NCBI GenBank assembly: GCA_903959355.1
Contig: CAJBWJ010000032.1
Location: 1-51,838 of the forward strand
Length of the DNA stretch: 51,838 nucleotides
Reading direction: 5' to 3'
Source: an uncultured bacterium
GTDB taxonomy: Bacteria; Patescibacteriota; Microgenomatia; UBA1400; PJMF01
A program made the position numbers and the translations under genes. Below are positions 18,924-29,159 of the stretch, in pieces; positions within the stretch are counted from its first letter, which is position 1, and the number at the start of each line of letters is the position of its first letter. The notes beneath the pieces are model-generated. The model did not search any database, had not been told where the DNA came from, and saw only the letters and a program-made list of their open reading frames with translations.

Positions 18924-21900
18924 ATGAACCCAGAAGCGCAAACAGAATACCAGCGAAAACTTGAAGAAGCATCTGAAAAAGTTATTGCTAACTTGAAGCG
19001 TAAAAGAGATCACTTGGGTTTAAGCTACGAAGAGTTGAAGGATGAGATAAAAGCATCAATTAAAGAGAAAATACTTCCAATAGCTGATGAATATGATAGC
19101 TTACTAGCTGGTGAGATTAACATAGACACTCCTCTCGCAGCAATTTCAAAGAAAATTAAATCGGCTTTTGAACCTGTAAAAGAACCAATAAAAAAAGATG
19201 AAGATGAGGAAGATGTAGACTCTGAATCAGATGATCTGGAGTCTTTGAAGACTTATCAAAAAATACTAGACAAGATAGCTTTTTATACACAGGCAATTGC
19301 GGAAATAGGAAAAATTAAAAATGAAATAGTAGCTGATCCTGGCTTTTCTAAATCAAATGTTGTCGCAGGATTGGCTCCATTCCTAGATTTATTTTTTGAG
19401 GCAGGTTTAAAAGTTGACTTTGTAGTAACTGTAGAACGTGAGGGTTTTGATGATCCGGTAGAATTGCATAAGAATGACACCATTCTCTTAAAAGATATAG
19501 CAATGGCAATCAAACTCAATAAGGATGCAAGAGGTGCAAGAGCGAGAAGAGACATTGAATCTTTTACAGAATCTGTTTTTGGAAGACTACAAATACCTAA
19601 AGATGAAGTTCCAACCACACCAAAAAGAATTATTTCGATGCTGGCGAAGGAATTTTTTAATTTAGTCCCAGACTTTAAAAATTTAAAAGTAGCTTTAATT
19701 GACCAAACAATCGAGCTTGCCAAAAAGAAAAAAGATACATACGAAGATTCCACTCAAAGAATCAATAAGAATTACGAAAAAATATTTAATCCAAAATTAG
19801 GAGATCTAAAAACTGTTTTAGATGATTTCGGCGACGATCTAACCCATAGGGGATATGAAAAAGGAAAAATAAGTAAGAAAAAGCAGGATGGGTTGACAGA
19901 TGAGCTAAATGATAAAACTAAAGTTGTCCTAATGGAGCTTGGAAGCATGAGACGTCCGGTTTCAGAAAAAAAGAATAGTTTAAATGAGCTGCTGTCCTTA
20001 ATTCAATCTTATGAGGAAGATTTTGCTGCAAACGAAGACGATGAGGCTTCTGGAAAAATAGACAAAAAAGAATTAAAAAGACTGCAGAATAGCCTGCAAG
20101 ATAAATTGATACTAAAAGCCAGTAAAATCGCAAAAAGCATTGACCTGAAAAAGGAGCAATTAGAAGATTCTAAAGAATTAGAACAAGCAAAATCAACAAT
20201 TAAAGATGAAATTTATAAGGCAGACTCGGTTTTAATAATGTACGATTTCTTCCAAGACGAGCTTGTGAGACAAAGAACCCTGTTTATTGAGGAGTGGGGA
20301 TTGGATGAATTTACAAAAGACATTGAAAATAGAGAAGTTGATAGTTTGAGTCCTTGGGAAATAGTTAAATATGTGATCAAAAAAGAGGTGGCATTTTGGA
20401 CGCCGCTTCATCAAGAATCAGACAATGAATTTTTAAGAGCTTTGGTTGATAAGATTAAATACAATTTCATGGAAGATGGTAAGGGTTACGAATCTAATGG
20501 ATCTAGAATGGGTACTGACGATGACGCGTGGTCAAACTCAGAGGGCAGAACGATAATGGGGTTACTGCAAACCTATGCTTTGTATGCAAGCAGTATACAT
20601 GGTGAGCATTTTGCTGAAGGAAAAAAAGACGAACTTTTCAATAATCTTAGAGCTTTTAAGATCACTAGAGAAGGATTATATGGGGAAACTCTTGGTCATC
20701 CAGTTTATGGACCTTATTTAACCAAGATTATGGAAATTTCTCAATATTTGCCAACTTTGCGTCAAGGATCTCTACCTCCAATAGCAATACTTTCTGATCT
20801 GAATCTCTTAAAAAGTAAAATGATTCCAGATCAATATGAAATATTCAAAGATAGACTGGGCAGAGCAGTTAATCCATCCAGGCTAGTTGTGCTGCATGAA
20901 AGAAATGTTATTAGAGAAGGTAAGAGTATCAAGCTTGCTGCAGATAGATTTGTAAAAGACGATGATGGCAATTGGGCTTTTTATCCTGGCGAAGAAACTT
21001 TGCCAACAGATCAATTGATCCTGACATCAAATCCTGACTTTAGTTACCAAACCCTCTCTGGAAATATTGGTAGAACAGTAGCTTCAAGACTTCATGAATT
21101 TGCAGCAGAATTAATAGATAATAATCCGGAGCAATTTGGCTTAACTAAAGATGATATTCCAAAAAATGAAGACAATGTTTTTGCTGTGCAAACATTTGCT
21201 CAGTTTTTGTTTTATTCTTTTCCATTTTTAACTAAAATTTATGCAGATTATGAATTACAAACGCAAACAGCTTCTCATACTGTAAAGAGTGAAACATTAA
21301 ATTGGAACAAGCTGTTCTCTCCACTCGGTGAGGCTATTCAAGATTCTGATCGATATGGACTCAGATCAGCTTTAATGTGGATTTTTGTTTATTATGCTCC
21401 GTTCAAAGAGGGATTATTCGGAGCCTCTGGTAATTCGACAAGAATTAATCGTATTCAAAAGCTCATGATAGCTCATCAAAAATTTGTTTTTGGTGAAGAC
21501 GCAATGTCGCATATTGCCGGACAGCTAGACGCTCATAATTATTTTGGTTTGCCACTAGGTTTCACAACTGCACTCGACATGATAAAAATCTCCGAAGGAG
21601 AAATTTCTAGACTTTTTGGAGACATAATTCATGAAGATGGAAGAGTAAATCCAGGATCATTTGAAAATCCACATAAAATTGGTCCAAAAGGAGATATTGA
21701 TGCTGATGATGATGGTAAAAAAGTTGAAGGTCTTCCTGCTTATGACTGGGATTTATTTTTGCTTTCAGCCAAAGCTTATTTAAAATTATTAGAGACAACC
21801 ATTAAAGATATAGAAGTTGGCAGCTTAACTCTACATGATTTGGAACAAGGAGAATTGAATCCAATCACTCAGCTTCTATTTAAAGTAATGGGGCAATTTA

Positions 21901-22571
21901 AAATGTGGTTTTTTGGCAATGAAGATAGCCCAGCTAACGTATTGAAAAAATCCAGTCCTCTTGTATTTCATGCATTTCTAAGACATGCTCACGCCACCAA
22001 AAGAGAGAGACCTGCTGATGTGGTCAAGATTTTTTCAGCCATAATGAAGGCAGTGGAGTCTTCTCTCGGAATTATCGGTAGCGGTCCTAAAGTTAATAGA
22101 GGTTTAGGTTCCGGATCAGTGAGCAAGGCTGTTGCTGTTGTTCATGAGTGGATGGAAGGTCATCATGACGAGCGTGTGTATAGCGATGGAAAACCAAATT
22201 GGGGAGAAGCAATCTCGAGAGGCCTAGGAGGCCAACCTATGCTTGATCCAAAAATTTGCGATGGTTTTACTCCATTATCTGGAAGTTGTTTTGATGCCAG
22301 GCAACCTCTACTGATTGATTACTTGAAGCTTCTTTGGGAAGATTTTTCTGAAGAATACACCACAAAAGAAAATCCAGATGGACTTGGCAAGTGGCCATTC
22401 GTAATAACAGCTGATTTAGGGATTAAATATGTTGCCTGGGCTCCATCCGAGGCCCCTATTAAGCTTAGTGGTAGAACTAATGAATGGACAGAAATTGTAG
22501 ATTGGTTTAGAGCTCGAATTCTGCGTAAAGAGCCAGTCTCATCCCCTCTTAAAAGACCTAAGTTTGATTGA
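18924..22571 (+). CDS. Large hypothetical soluble protein (1215 aa)
   Basis: Long ORF with no signal peptide or recognisable motif. The N-terminal third is charged and coiled-coil-like. TGnTATACT lies upstream. Confidence 0.85.
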   Translation: MNPEAQTEYQRKLEEASEKVIANLKRKRDHLGLSYEELKDEIKASIKEKILPIADEYDSLLAGEINIDTPLAAISKKIKSAFEPVKEPIKKDEDEEDVDSESDDLESLKTYQKILDKIAFYTQAIAEIGKIKNEIVADPGFSKSNVVAGLAPFLDLFFEAGLKVDFVVTVEREGFDDPVELHKNDTILLKDIAMAIKLNKDARGARARRDIESFTESVFGRLQIPKDEVPTTPKRIISMLAKEFFNLVPDFKNLKVALIDQTIELAKKKKDTYEDSTQRINKNYEKIFNPKLGDLKTVLDDFGDDLTHRGYEKGKISKKKQDGLTDELNDKTKVVLMELGSMRRPVSEKKNSLNELLSLIQSYEEDFAANEDDEASGKIDKKELKRLQNSLQDKLILKASKIAKSIDLKKEQLEDSKELEQAKSTIKDEIYKADSVLIMYDFFQDELVRQRTLFIEEWGLDEFTKDIENREVDSLSPWEIVKYVIKKEVAFWTPLHQESDNEFLRALVDKIKYNFMEDGKGYESNGSRMGTDDDAWSNSEGRTIMGLLQTYALYASSIHGEHFAEGKKDELFNNLRAFKITREGLYGETLGHPVYGPYLTKIMEISQYLPTLRQGSLPPIAILSDLNLLKSKMIPDQYEIFKDRLGRAVNPSRLVVLHERNVIREGKSIKLAADRFVKDDDGNWAFYPGEETLPTDQLILTSNPDFSYQTLSGNIGRTVASRLHEFAAELIDNNPEQFGLTKDDIPKNEDNVFAVQTFAQFLFYSFPFLTKIYADYELQTQTASHTVKSETLNWNKLFSPLGEAIQDSDRYGLRSALMWIFVYYAPFKEGLFGASGNSTRINRIQKLMIAHQKFVFGEDAMSHIAGQLDAHNYFGLPLGFTTALDMIKISEGEISRLFGDIIHEDGRVNPGSFENPHKIGPKGDIDADDDGKKVEGLPAYDWDLFLLSAKAYLKLLETTIKDIEVGSLTLHDLEQGELNPITQLLFKVMGQFKMWFFGNEDSPANVLKKSSPLVFHAFLRHAHATKRERPADVVKIFSAIMKAVESSLGIIGSGPKVNRGLGSGSVSKAVAVVHEWMEGHHDERVYSDGKPNWGEAISRGLGGQPMLDPKICDGFTPLSGSCFDARQPLLIDYLKLLWEDFSEEYTTKENPDGLGKWPFVITADLGIKYVAWAPSEAPIKLSGRTNEWTEIVDWFRARILRKEPVSSPLKRPKFD

Positions 22572-22631
22572 TCAAACTAGTTTTCACGGAATTTAATTAT
22601 TAGGAGACTTAAATTTTAGAAGTTTCAGATT

Positions 22632-24377
22632 TTAAGAACTTCCACCCTTACCTAGATTAGCGCCTGCGCTTGGAGTCTCTGTCTTTGCTTCAGCAGCTTT
22701 TCCATGACCTTCACCAGGCTTATTCTTCTCAAGGTTATGTTTATACATGTCTTCAGCCCAATTCTTTCTCAAAATGCTGCCGCTAGTGATGTCTTGTATT
22801 GTGGTATTTGCCGTACGACCCCATTCCATTCCTTCTCCAGCTCCACCAAGCATACCCTTAGATTTCATCTCTATTGCATTTCCATCACCATCATTCTGAC
22901 CTGTAATTGTTCCACCCATAATAGCGTGCGATAGAGCACCTCTAGCGCTTCCACCACCTTGCTTATAGTAGTTTTTATAATCTCTGTAAGCACTAACGCC
23001 TCCAGGAACTGCTTTGGCCACAGCACCTGCTACTGGCAAACTGGCATCAGCAATTGGTTTCATCTTGCCAAATGCACTGCTGGCTAACTGTCCAAATATT
23101 CCTTCATCCACGCCCATAGCTTTTTTGACCTGTTGCATGATCTCTGGAATGACCAATAAAACACCAATGCCAAGAATTACTGGAACAATGGCACCCTGGC
23201 CCTGGCCAACTAAAAATGGAGGCATAAAGCCACCACCAAAAGCTGTGTCTAGAGTTTGTCCGGTGCCTTGTAAAGCGCGAATTGGAGCAGTCAGCATTCT
23301 TTGTACTAATACACAAACTAAAACAACTGGCCAAAGAACTAGATTGCCTACCAGATCTTTAATCCATTTACCAAAAACATTCTTTCCAGGAAAAGCACCC
23401 ATCATTAAAACGATTGGCGAAAAAATAATTTGAATAAGTACAGCCACATAAGTTTTGACTAATTCGAAGAAAACCTTAAATGTGGCAAAAAGAATAGCAA
23501 TACCGATGATAACTGTACCAAGTAAACTAGACATCCAGGCAATAGCTTCACCAACCAGGCCAATATTTAAGGCATCTTCCATAAACTGTTCAATAGCATT
23601 TTGAGTAGCACCAGTAGTACCTTTAAACATTAGACCAACTAGGCCAAAAATATTTCGAGTAACAATATCTGTTCCTTCGGAGAAGAAACCAGCCAACATA
23701 TACATGGCGACATACATTAAATCAATCATAAAACCAGCAATGGCATAGGAAAAAGTAACAGCGAGCATGGCGACAATGACACTTGGAATGGCTTGTTGCG
23801 CGGTAATTGCGGCTTGGCCAACCTTAGTTCTAAACATGATCATAAAACCAATAATTAAGAAAATTAAAACAAAGAATAGATAAGCTAAATTGCGAAAAGC
23901 CTTCCAAGTTTCTAGGATTGGATCGAGAGCAGAGAAGCCTAAACCCTGAGCTTGAGCTTCTGGAATGATTTTGGCTGATCTCATGACATCGGCGACATAA
24001 ACGCGAGCACTAGCAGGTTGTTTGTAGAGAGCAACAATGCCTTTGTTGACATCACCAAGTACGCCATAACCAAGCTGCTTTTCCAAAGCTTTTCGCTCGG
24101 AAGTCGTAATATCTGCACTTTTTGGTATACCTGCCATGCCAACACTATGAAAAACCAATCCAGTAAAAATATTTGAAAGACTTTCTTGATCAAACTTTTC
24201 TTTATCTGCTTCTATTTTAGCAAAAGACTTAGCACTTTTTGTGCCAGAGGCGGTAGTAAAAATTCCTTGCAACCAATCGATAACGCTAGCTGCTTTGGCA
24301 GGCTTAGCTGACATGAAAAAACATGAGAAAACAAAAAATAAAATCAGCAGTAGGCGAGAGGCTTTTTTCTGCATCAT
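22632..24377 (-). CDS. VirB6/TrbL-like polytopic membrane protein
   Basis: Signal peptide (..AKPAKA-A), then WKAFRNLAYLFFVLIFLIIGFMIMFR, TFSYAIAGFMIDL and several more TM helices, ending in a Gly-rich tail. I moved the start from 24455 to ATG 24377 because TATACT sits 6 nt upstream and the signal peptide starts there. Confidence 0.7.
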   Translation of the reverse strand: MMQKKASRLLLILFFVFSCFFMSAKPAKAASVIDWLQGIFTTASGTKSAKSFAKIEADKEKFDQESLSNIFTGLVFHSVGMAGIPKSADITTSERKALEKQLGYGVLGDVNKGIVALYKQPASARVYVADVMRSAKIIPEAQAQGLGFSALDPILETWKAFRNLAYLFFVLIFLIIGFMIMFRTKVGQAAITAQQAIPSVIVAMLAVTFSYAIAGFMIDLMYVAMYMLAGFFSEGTDIVTRNIFGLVGLMFKGTTGATQNAIEQFMEDALNIGLVGEAIAWMSSLLGTVIIGIAILFATFKVFFELVKTYVAVLIQIIFSPIVLMMGAFPGKNVFGKWIKDLVGNLVLWPVVLVCVLVQRMLTAPIRALQGTGQTLDTAFGGGFMPPFLVGQGQGAIVPVILGIGVLLVIPEIMQQVKKAMGVDEGIFGQLASSAFGKMKPIADASLPVAGAVAKAVPGGVSAYRDYKNYYKQGGGSARGALSHAIMGGTITGQNDGDGNAIEMKSKGMLGGAGEGMEWGRTANTTIQDITSGSILRKNWAEDMYKHNLEKNKPGEGHGKAAEAKTETPSAGANLGKGGSS

Positions 24378-24485
24378 AAGACAAGTATATTTTAGAGTAA
24401 GTAGGGTGAAACTGCAAAAGATAAATAGAATTAAATAAGACAAGTCTATTGACAATTTTTATAAAAACATTTAAAACAATCATAG

Positions 24486-25340
24486 ATGATCGATCAAGCA
24501 CAAACTGATAAATTTAAGGAAATTCTAGGGTTAAGTAAAAATACTTTAGTTATTTTTCCAGAAACCAAAGATCTCGATTTGTTTTTAGCTAGTTATTGTC
24601 TTTATTCTTTTTTGTCTTCAAATAGTGATGCTAGGTTACTTAGTCCAAAATTTAAGCAAAAACTTCCTACTGAGCTTCTTGATTTAGTTGAAAGTAAAAA
24701 AATCGAAACTGAACTTGGTAAAGAAAATTTATTGATGAGTTTTCCTTATCAAGAAGAACAGGTTGATAATGTTTCTTATTACATTGGCGAGCAAGACAAG
24801 CGCTTTTATTTGACTATAAAGCCGAAAAAAGGCGTCACTCCTCTCGATAGTTCCAAAGTTGAATTTTCATACGCCGGCAGCCAAGCTGATCTGTTGATTT
24901 TATGTGGAGTAGAGGATTTGGAAAAATTAGGGCAATTGTATTTTGCTTATGAAAATCTTTACAAAAGCGTTAACAATCATTTAGTAACAATCAATAATTT
25001 TATTCCTGACTTTGGCAATTTGAATTTAGACATTTCTCCAACCAGCTCTTACTCTGAAGCTGTTTTTTATTTGCTTAAGAACTTAGATGGAGAAGATCAA
25101 GACATTTTAGCTAAAAGTGATATCCCAACGCTGCTCCTTTATGGCATTGAATATAAAAGTCGTGGACTACAATCATTTGATGTAAACGCTAATACTTTTT
25201 TGGCAGTAGCTCAACTGCTTCAGCTTGGGGGAATGCGTTTGTTCAAATTGGATATAAAAACCAAAGAATCTAGTCTCGCAAATTCTTTGAAAAAAAGCCA
25301 AAAAATTATTGACCAGAACCAGATTCATTTAATAAAATAG
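24486..25340 (+). CDS. Degenerate DHH-family (NrnA/RecJ-like) phosphoesterase
   Basis: The N-terminus NTLVIFPETKDLD.FLAS..L matches DHH motif I, and FGNLNL and SSYSEAV match later motifs. The DHH triad position reads TINNF. Confidence 0.65.
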   Translation: MIDQAQTDKFKEILGLSKNTLVIFPETKDLDLFLASYCLYSFLSSNSDARLLSPKFKQKLPTELLDLVESKKIETELGKENLLMSFPYQEEQVDNVSYYIGEQDKRFYLTIKPKKGVTPLDSSKVEFSYAGSQADLLILCGVEDLEKLGQLYFAYENLYKSVNNHLVTINNFIPDFGNLNLDISPTSSYSEAVFYLLKNLDGEDQDILAKSDIPTLLLYGIEYKSRGLQSFDVNANTFLAVAQLLQLGGMRLFKLDIKTKESSLANSLKKSQKIIDQNQIHLIK

Positions 25341-28230
25341 CTGTAGTAAGCGAGCCGGGTCTCTCGTACTTTGGATATTTTCTTCCTTCACTCAAAGTCT
25401 GACAAATGCTCGAATTAGAATAGCAATATTTAGCCGCATCAGTTATCAATTGTTCCTTTTTTTCATCTGTGAAACCATATTCTGCTTGAGACTGGTCTAA
25501 ACTACTTCGCAATTCTGACATTACCTCTGGAGTTGGGTCTGTGTTACAACTAAATTCCGTGTAATCCAAACAATAAACCAGATCCATGTCGCTGTGTCTT
25601 TCATCAATCCAGCCGAGTGGATGTGGATGGTCTTCCGAATAGAATTTTGGAGGACATTTGCCACCAGCTTTCCAACGAGTTTCTCTGGCACAATTTTGAT
25701 TACCCATGCCATTGTAGTCGCCAATAGCTCCAGTCAACGATTCATAATCGATGTTATTTTTATCAAATGAACCCTGCCATTTGCTTATCAAGTGTTCCAT
25801 GGCTGCTTTAGCATCTTCTTTTAATGTTCCTCTTAGTGATCCGCCATCAAAAACTGATTTGGTTGGATCAAGTCCGGCCTCAGTCCAATGAATTCCAGCA
25901 ACTACTTCGCAGGGAATACCAGTTTCTTTTTCTGCGTATTCATAAGCCTCAATTAATTCTGGAGTAATTTGAATTGCTATTTCTGCAGTGAAAATATCTT
26001 TGGCATATTGAGGAATTTGAGTGGCGCTCGGTAAATTTTTGATATTTTTATATCCCTCACCACTACAAAATGATTTGTTTGCTCCGCCTATTGGATCGCC
26101 TTTGCAGCGACCAAGAAACATATCCTCAACTCTTTGACAGGAAAGGATGTAATCGTAGGTTTGATTAAAGGTATTACGCAATTTTTGTTGAATTTTACGC
26201 ACCATGAATCCAAGGCCAAAGTCTGGAATGAGCAAGTTTCCTTTGCTTGAACTTTCATTTTTACTGGTGGTGTCGCTAAAACCAAAACCAAAAGTATAGT
26301 GAGAGCAAGTCTCAACTAAATCTGTGTACCAACCGCCGTTTTTGTCTTTTTTAATTACTTCTTTATATTCACACTTATCTATTGGATTGATTTGTTGAGA
26401 GGTGCTTATGCCAAAAGTAGCATCTTTAATGGTGTAATATTTTGGAATGGCTCCTTGTTTACTAGTTCCGTCTGGATTTGTCATATCTTCAATAACATTG
26501 GTTTTGATCATGTCGAAAAATTCTTCTTCACTCCAAAAAATACTCAGAGCTTTGTTAACGTCTTTGACATTTTCTCCAATTGGCACAACTAAATAGGCAT
26601 TAACAATCATTGGAGGATCGAGTGGAGGACGGTCTTCATCGACAGTGAGTTCCCATTCAAATGGATTTAAAAATTTCGATCTTAATTTATTAGCAACTTC
26701 AGTATTAGAATCACTGGTGTAGCTGTATTGCCTCATATCTTTTGAAGCTGGTGTAAAAAGATCGCCTGCATTTTCCCAGTTCAGATCTTCTTGATTAAAA
26801 ATCATTTCAATTGCGCTGGCGGTGGCTTGTCTCTCATTTACTCCAAAACCGGATGCATCTATTTCTTCTCCGGCATCAGTAGTAGTGCTTTCTATAATTC
26901 TAAGAGTATCGTTTCTACATTTTGGAGAAGTGCCGTTAATAATGTCGATGAGAACTTTTTCAAGTGGCTTGATGCATTTTGGATATGGACAGTGAATAAC
27001 AGGATCTGGTTTAGTTTGAGCCAAGCTATAAATCATGTCTCTTTTGTCTTTTTGATCTGCAAGGTCTTTGTCGTTTTGTTCTTTTGGTTGCAAAATCATC
27101 TTGGTTAGCTCAAGAGAATCAATGTTGCCAGAAATTCTGGATTTGTTGGTGGCAAAATCTGGAATTTTAAAAGCGATGAAAATAGGAGCGTGTATTTTAA
27201 GATCAATCTGAGGCTTTTCTTGTAAAAAATAAAATTTATCGCCATCATCATCCTTTCCAGGATCTTGAGTTGGAACTAAAACAAGAAAAGCCAATCGATA
27301 TAAAGTATCCAAATCGATAGGCATTCTACCCACAGCTTCTCTCAATTTGGCAATTTTATTAATATCTACATTTGGAGGAGTGTATCCAGTATCAACGCTG
27401 TTTGCCGCATTATCTCCTCCAGCTATATCGAAGCAAACCTGTTGATATAGCTTTTCTTTGCTTAATTCTGGACGAATTTCTTGAAACCAACTTAGTAGGT
27501 CGGTCATTTTAAAATCAACATTTTCGACATGTTCTGTTGATGTCATGCTTCCAATCTCTGAATCTGTAACAACTCTACTGCTTCCATTCGTATCAACGGC
27601 AATTTTAAAATTATATTTTTTGTTAATAGTGCACTCATCGGTTACTTCGTTACAAATTTGCTCTATAGATACAAGATTTTGTGTTTTGGCCAAACACTGC
27701 TGATAAGAGGATAAGACTCTTTTCGCCACACCGGAAGAATTTAACATATAACTATCTTGAACGGTTTGATAATTAGCACCGAACATGCCTTCAAGTGAGC
27801 TGTTTTTTTGAGTTGTGTTTTTATCTTCCATGCCGCGGAACATTGGAATGCGAGCCTTGGTGAGATCTACAATATAAGGATCAACTCCTCCAAATATTGT
27901 GGGATTCAGGCCATTGTAAAAACTTTCTTCTGGAGGAGTACTACTGCTAAAGAACTTTTCAATATTTCCAAGCAGTTTCTTATCAATAGTCCACTGCATG
28001 GCTGCGCAATGTGCCTCGTAGCCCTGATCTTTGACCATGGCTATTAGGAGGTCACCATAATTGTAGCTTGGGCCTTTTGGCAGAAACATCGGCATGAGCG
28101 TAAAAGCATTTGCAGAATCTCCAATCTCCGAATCAGCGCTTTGAGCAAAAACAATGTTTTTTGAGGAAAAAATCAAAACTAAAAAATAGAATAAACTAAA
28201 AATCGCTCTTTTTGAAAATCGATTAAACAC
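25306..28230 (-). CDS. Large secreted protein with a C-terminal lysozyme-like (lytic transglycosylase) domain
   Basis: Signal peptide ending VFA-Q. The C-terminal AYEYAEKETGIPCEVVAGIHWTEAG (candidate catalytic Glu) and AIGDYNG are typical of SLT-like domains. Many Cys. Confidence 0.7.
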   Translation of the reverse strand: MFNRFSKRAIFSLFYFLVLIFSSKNIVFAQSADSEIGDSANAFTLMPMFLPKGPSYNYGDLLIAMVKDQGYEAHCAAMQWTIDKKLLGNIEKFFSSSTPPEESFYNGLNPTIFGGVDPYIVDLTKARIPMFRGMEDKNTTQKNSSLEGMFGANYQTVQDSYMLNSSGVAKRVLSSYQQCLAKTQNLVSIEQICNEVTDECTINKKYNFKIAVDTNGSSRVVTDSEIGSMTSTEHVENVDFKMTDLLSWFQEIRPELSKEKLYQQVCFDIAGGDNAANSVDTGYTPPNVDINKIAKLREAVGRMPIDLDTLYRLAFLVLVPTQDPGKDDDGDKFYFLQEKPQIDLKIHAPIFIAFKIPDFATNKSRISGNIDSLELTKMILQPKEQNDKDLADQKDKRDMIYSLAQTKPDPVIHCPYPKCIKPLEKVLIDIINGTSPKCRNDTLRIIESTTTDAGEEIDASGFGVNERQATASAIEMIFNQEDLNWENAGDLFTPASKDMRQYSYTSDSNTEVANKLRSKFLNPFEWELTVDEDRPPLDPPMIVNAYLVVPIGENVKDVNKALSIFWSEEEFFDMIKTNVIEDMTNPDGTSKQGAIPKYYTIKDATFGISTSQQINPIDKCEYKEVIKKDKNGGWYTDLVETCSHYTFGFGFSDTTSKNESSSKGNLLIPDFGLGFMVRKIQQKLRNTFNQTYDYILSCQRVEDMFLGRCKGDPIGGANKSFCSGEGYKNIKNLPSATQIPQYAKDIFTAEIAIQITPELIEAYEYAEKETGIPCEVVAGIHWTEAGLDPTKSVFDGGSLRGTLKEDAKAAMEHLISKWQGSFDKNNIDYESLTGAIGDYNGMGNQNCARETRWKAGGKCPPKFYSEDHPHPLGWIDERHSDMDLVYCLDYTEFSCNTDPTPEVMSELRSSLDQSQAEYGFTDEKKEQLITDAAKYCYSNSSICQTLSEGRKYPKYERPGSLTTAILLNESGSGQ

Positions 28231-28257
28231 GCTTTGATTATACTAACAATAGAGGCT

Positions 28258-29157
28258 CTAGGAAAGAATGCGAATGCCAAAAATTAATTCTAATAATTGA
28301 GCAATCCAGTAAGCTGCAAACAATAGAATAAAGCCTAGAATAGCTGCCGTAATTCTTTGTTTTCCCTCATCAATTGATTTGGAATTAGTAGCTCCAGTAA
28401 GCATTTGAAAGCCTCCTAAAACGAGAACCACAAAGAGAATAATTCCAGCGATTGGAAAAATGAATCCACCAAGAGCTTTGGAAATAATTCCACCAGGAGT
28501 AGTTAAGTCGCCGTCACCTCCACCAATCGTGATCGGATTGAGACCATTCAGTGTTCCTGCTGAAACGGTGGCGCTACTGATCCCGACGTCAGTGCTTTCG
28601 CATTTGCCATCTCTTTCCCAGCCACAGCAGGTTTTTCCGCCAGTCATTGGTACTTCGCCTCCACCACCTCCGCAAATACACTTTTTATCCTCAGTAGTGA
28701 GATAAGTTTCACCACAAAAAGCAGTGGTGTCATCAGGATTTGCAGTTAAGCATTGATCAAAAAAATCTCCGTCTTTGACCCAGCCGCAACAAACATCACG
28801 ATTAACAATCCATAAAATATTTGATTGTTGATAGGACTGCCATTGTCCTCCCTCGCAATTACAAGTTGCACCTTCTGGAACAGTGGCATCGCCTAAAGTT
28901 TCTCCGCAGCCATATTCGTTTGGATCTTCGTAAGCTCGACATTTGCCGCCACCCATAAACCCACAGCAATATTGAGTTCTAATTCCGTGACCTATCTGTT
29001 CAGTGGTTAGATTTGTACTTTCGCAATCACACATTCCTACGATATTAGCGTCATCTGCAGCAGTGAAATATTGTCCACAAGTGGCTGCCTTAGCGGCTCC
29101 AATAAAAAATAAGCTAAAAATTATCTGTAAAAAAGCTATTTTTATAATTTTTTTCAT
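28258..29157 (-). CDS. VirB2/TrbC-type (T4SS pilin-like) protein with three Cys-rich repeats
   Basis: Signal peptide AKA-A. C-terminal two-helix pilin module FPIAGIILFVVLVLGGFQML.GA.N.KSIDEGKQRITAAILGFILLFAAYWI. Confidence 0.78.
   Translation of the reverse strand: MKKIIKIAFLQIIFSLFFIGAAKAATCGQYFTAADDANIVGMCDCESTNLTTEQIGHGIRTQYCCGFMGGGKCRAYEDPNEYGCGETLGDATVPEGATCNCEGGQWQSYQQSNILWIVNRDVCCGWVKDGDFFDQCLTANPDDTTAFCGETYLTTEDKKCICGGGGGEVPMTGGKTCCGWERDGKCESTDVGISSATVSAGTLNGLNPITIGGGDGDLTTPGGIISKALGGFIFPIAGIILFVVLVLGGFQMLTGATNSKSIDEGKQRITAAILGFILLFAAYWIAQLLELIFGIRILS
28600..29079 (-). repeat. Three tandem 6-Cys protein repeats CG-xn-CxC-xn-CCG[FW]-xn-C
   Basis: Residues C27-C73, C84-C136 and C148-C186 each show the same Cys order. 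Confidence 0.85.
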
Positions 29158-29159
29158 GA

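Noticed and set aside
22142..22168. HEWMEGHH in the 1215-aa protein as a zincin motif
   Set aside because: The spacing is HExxE, not HExxH, so it does not support a metalloprotease call.
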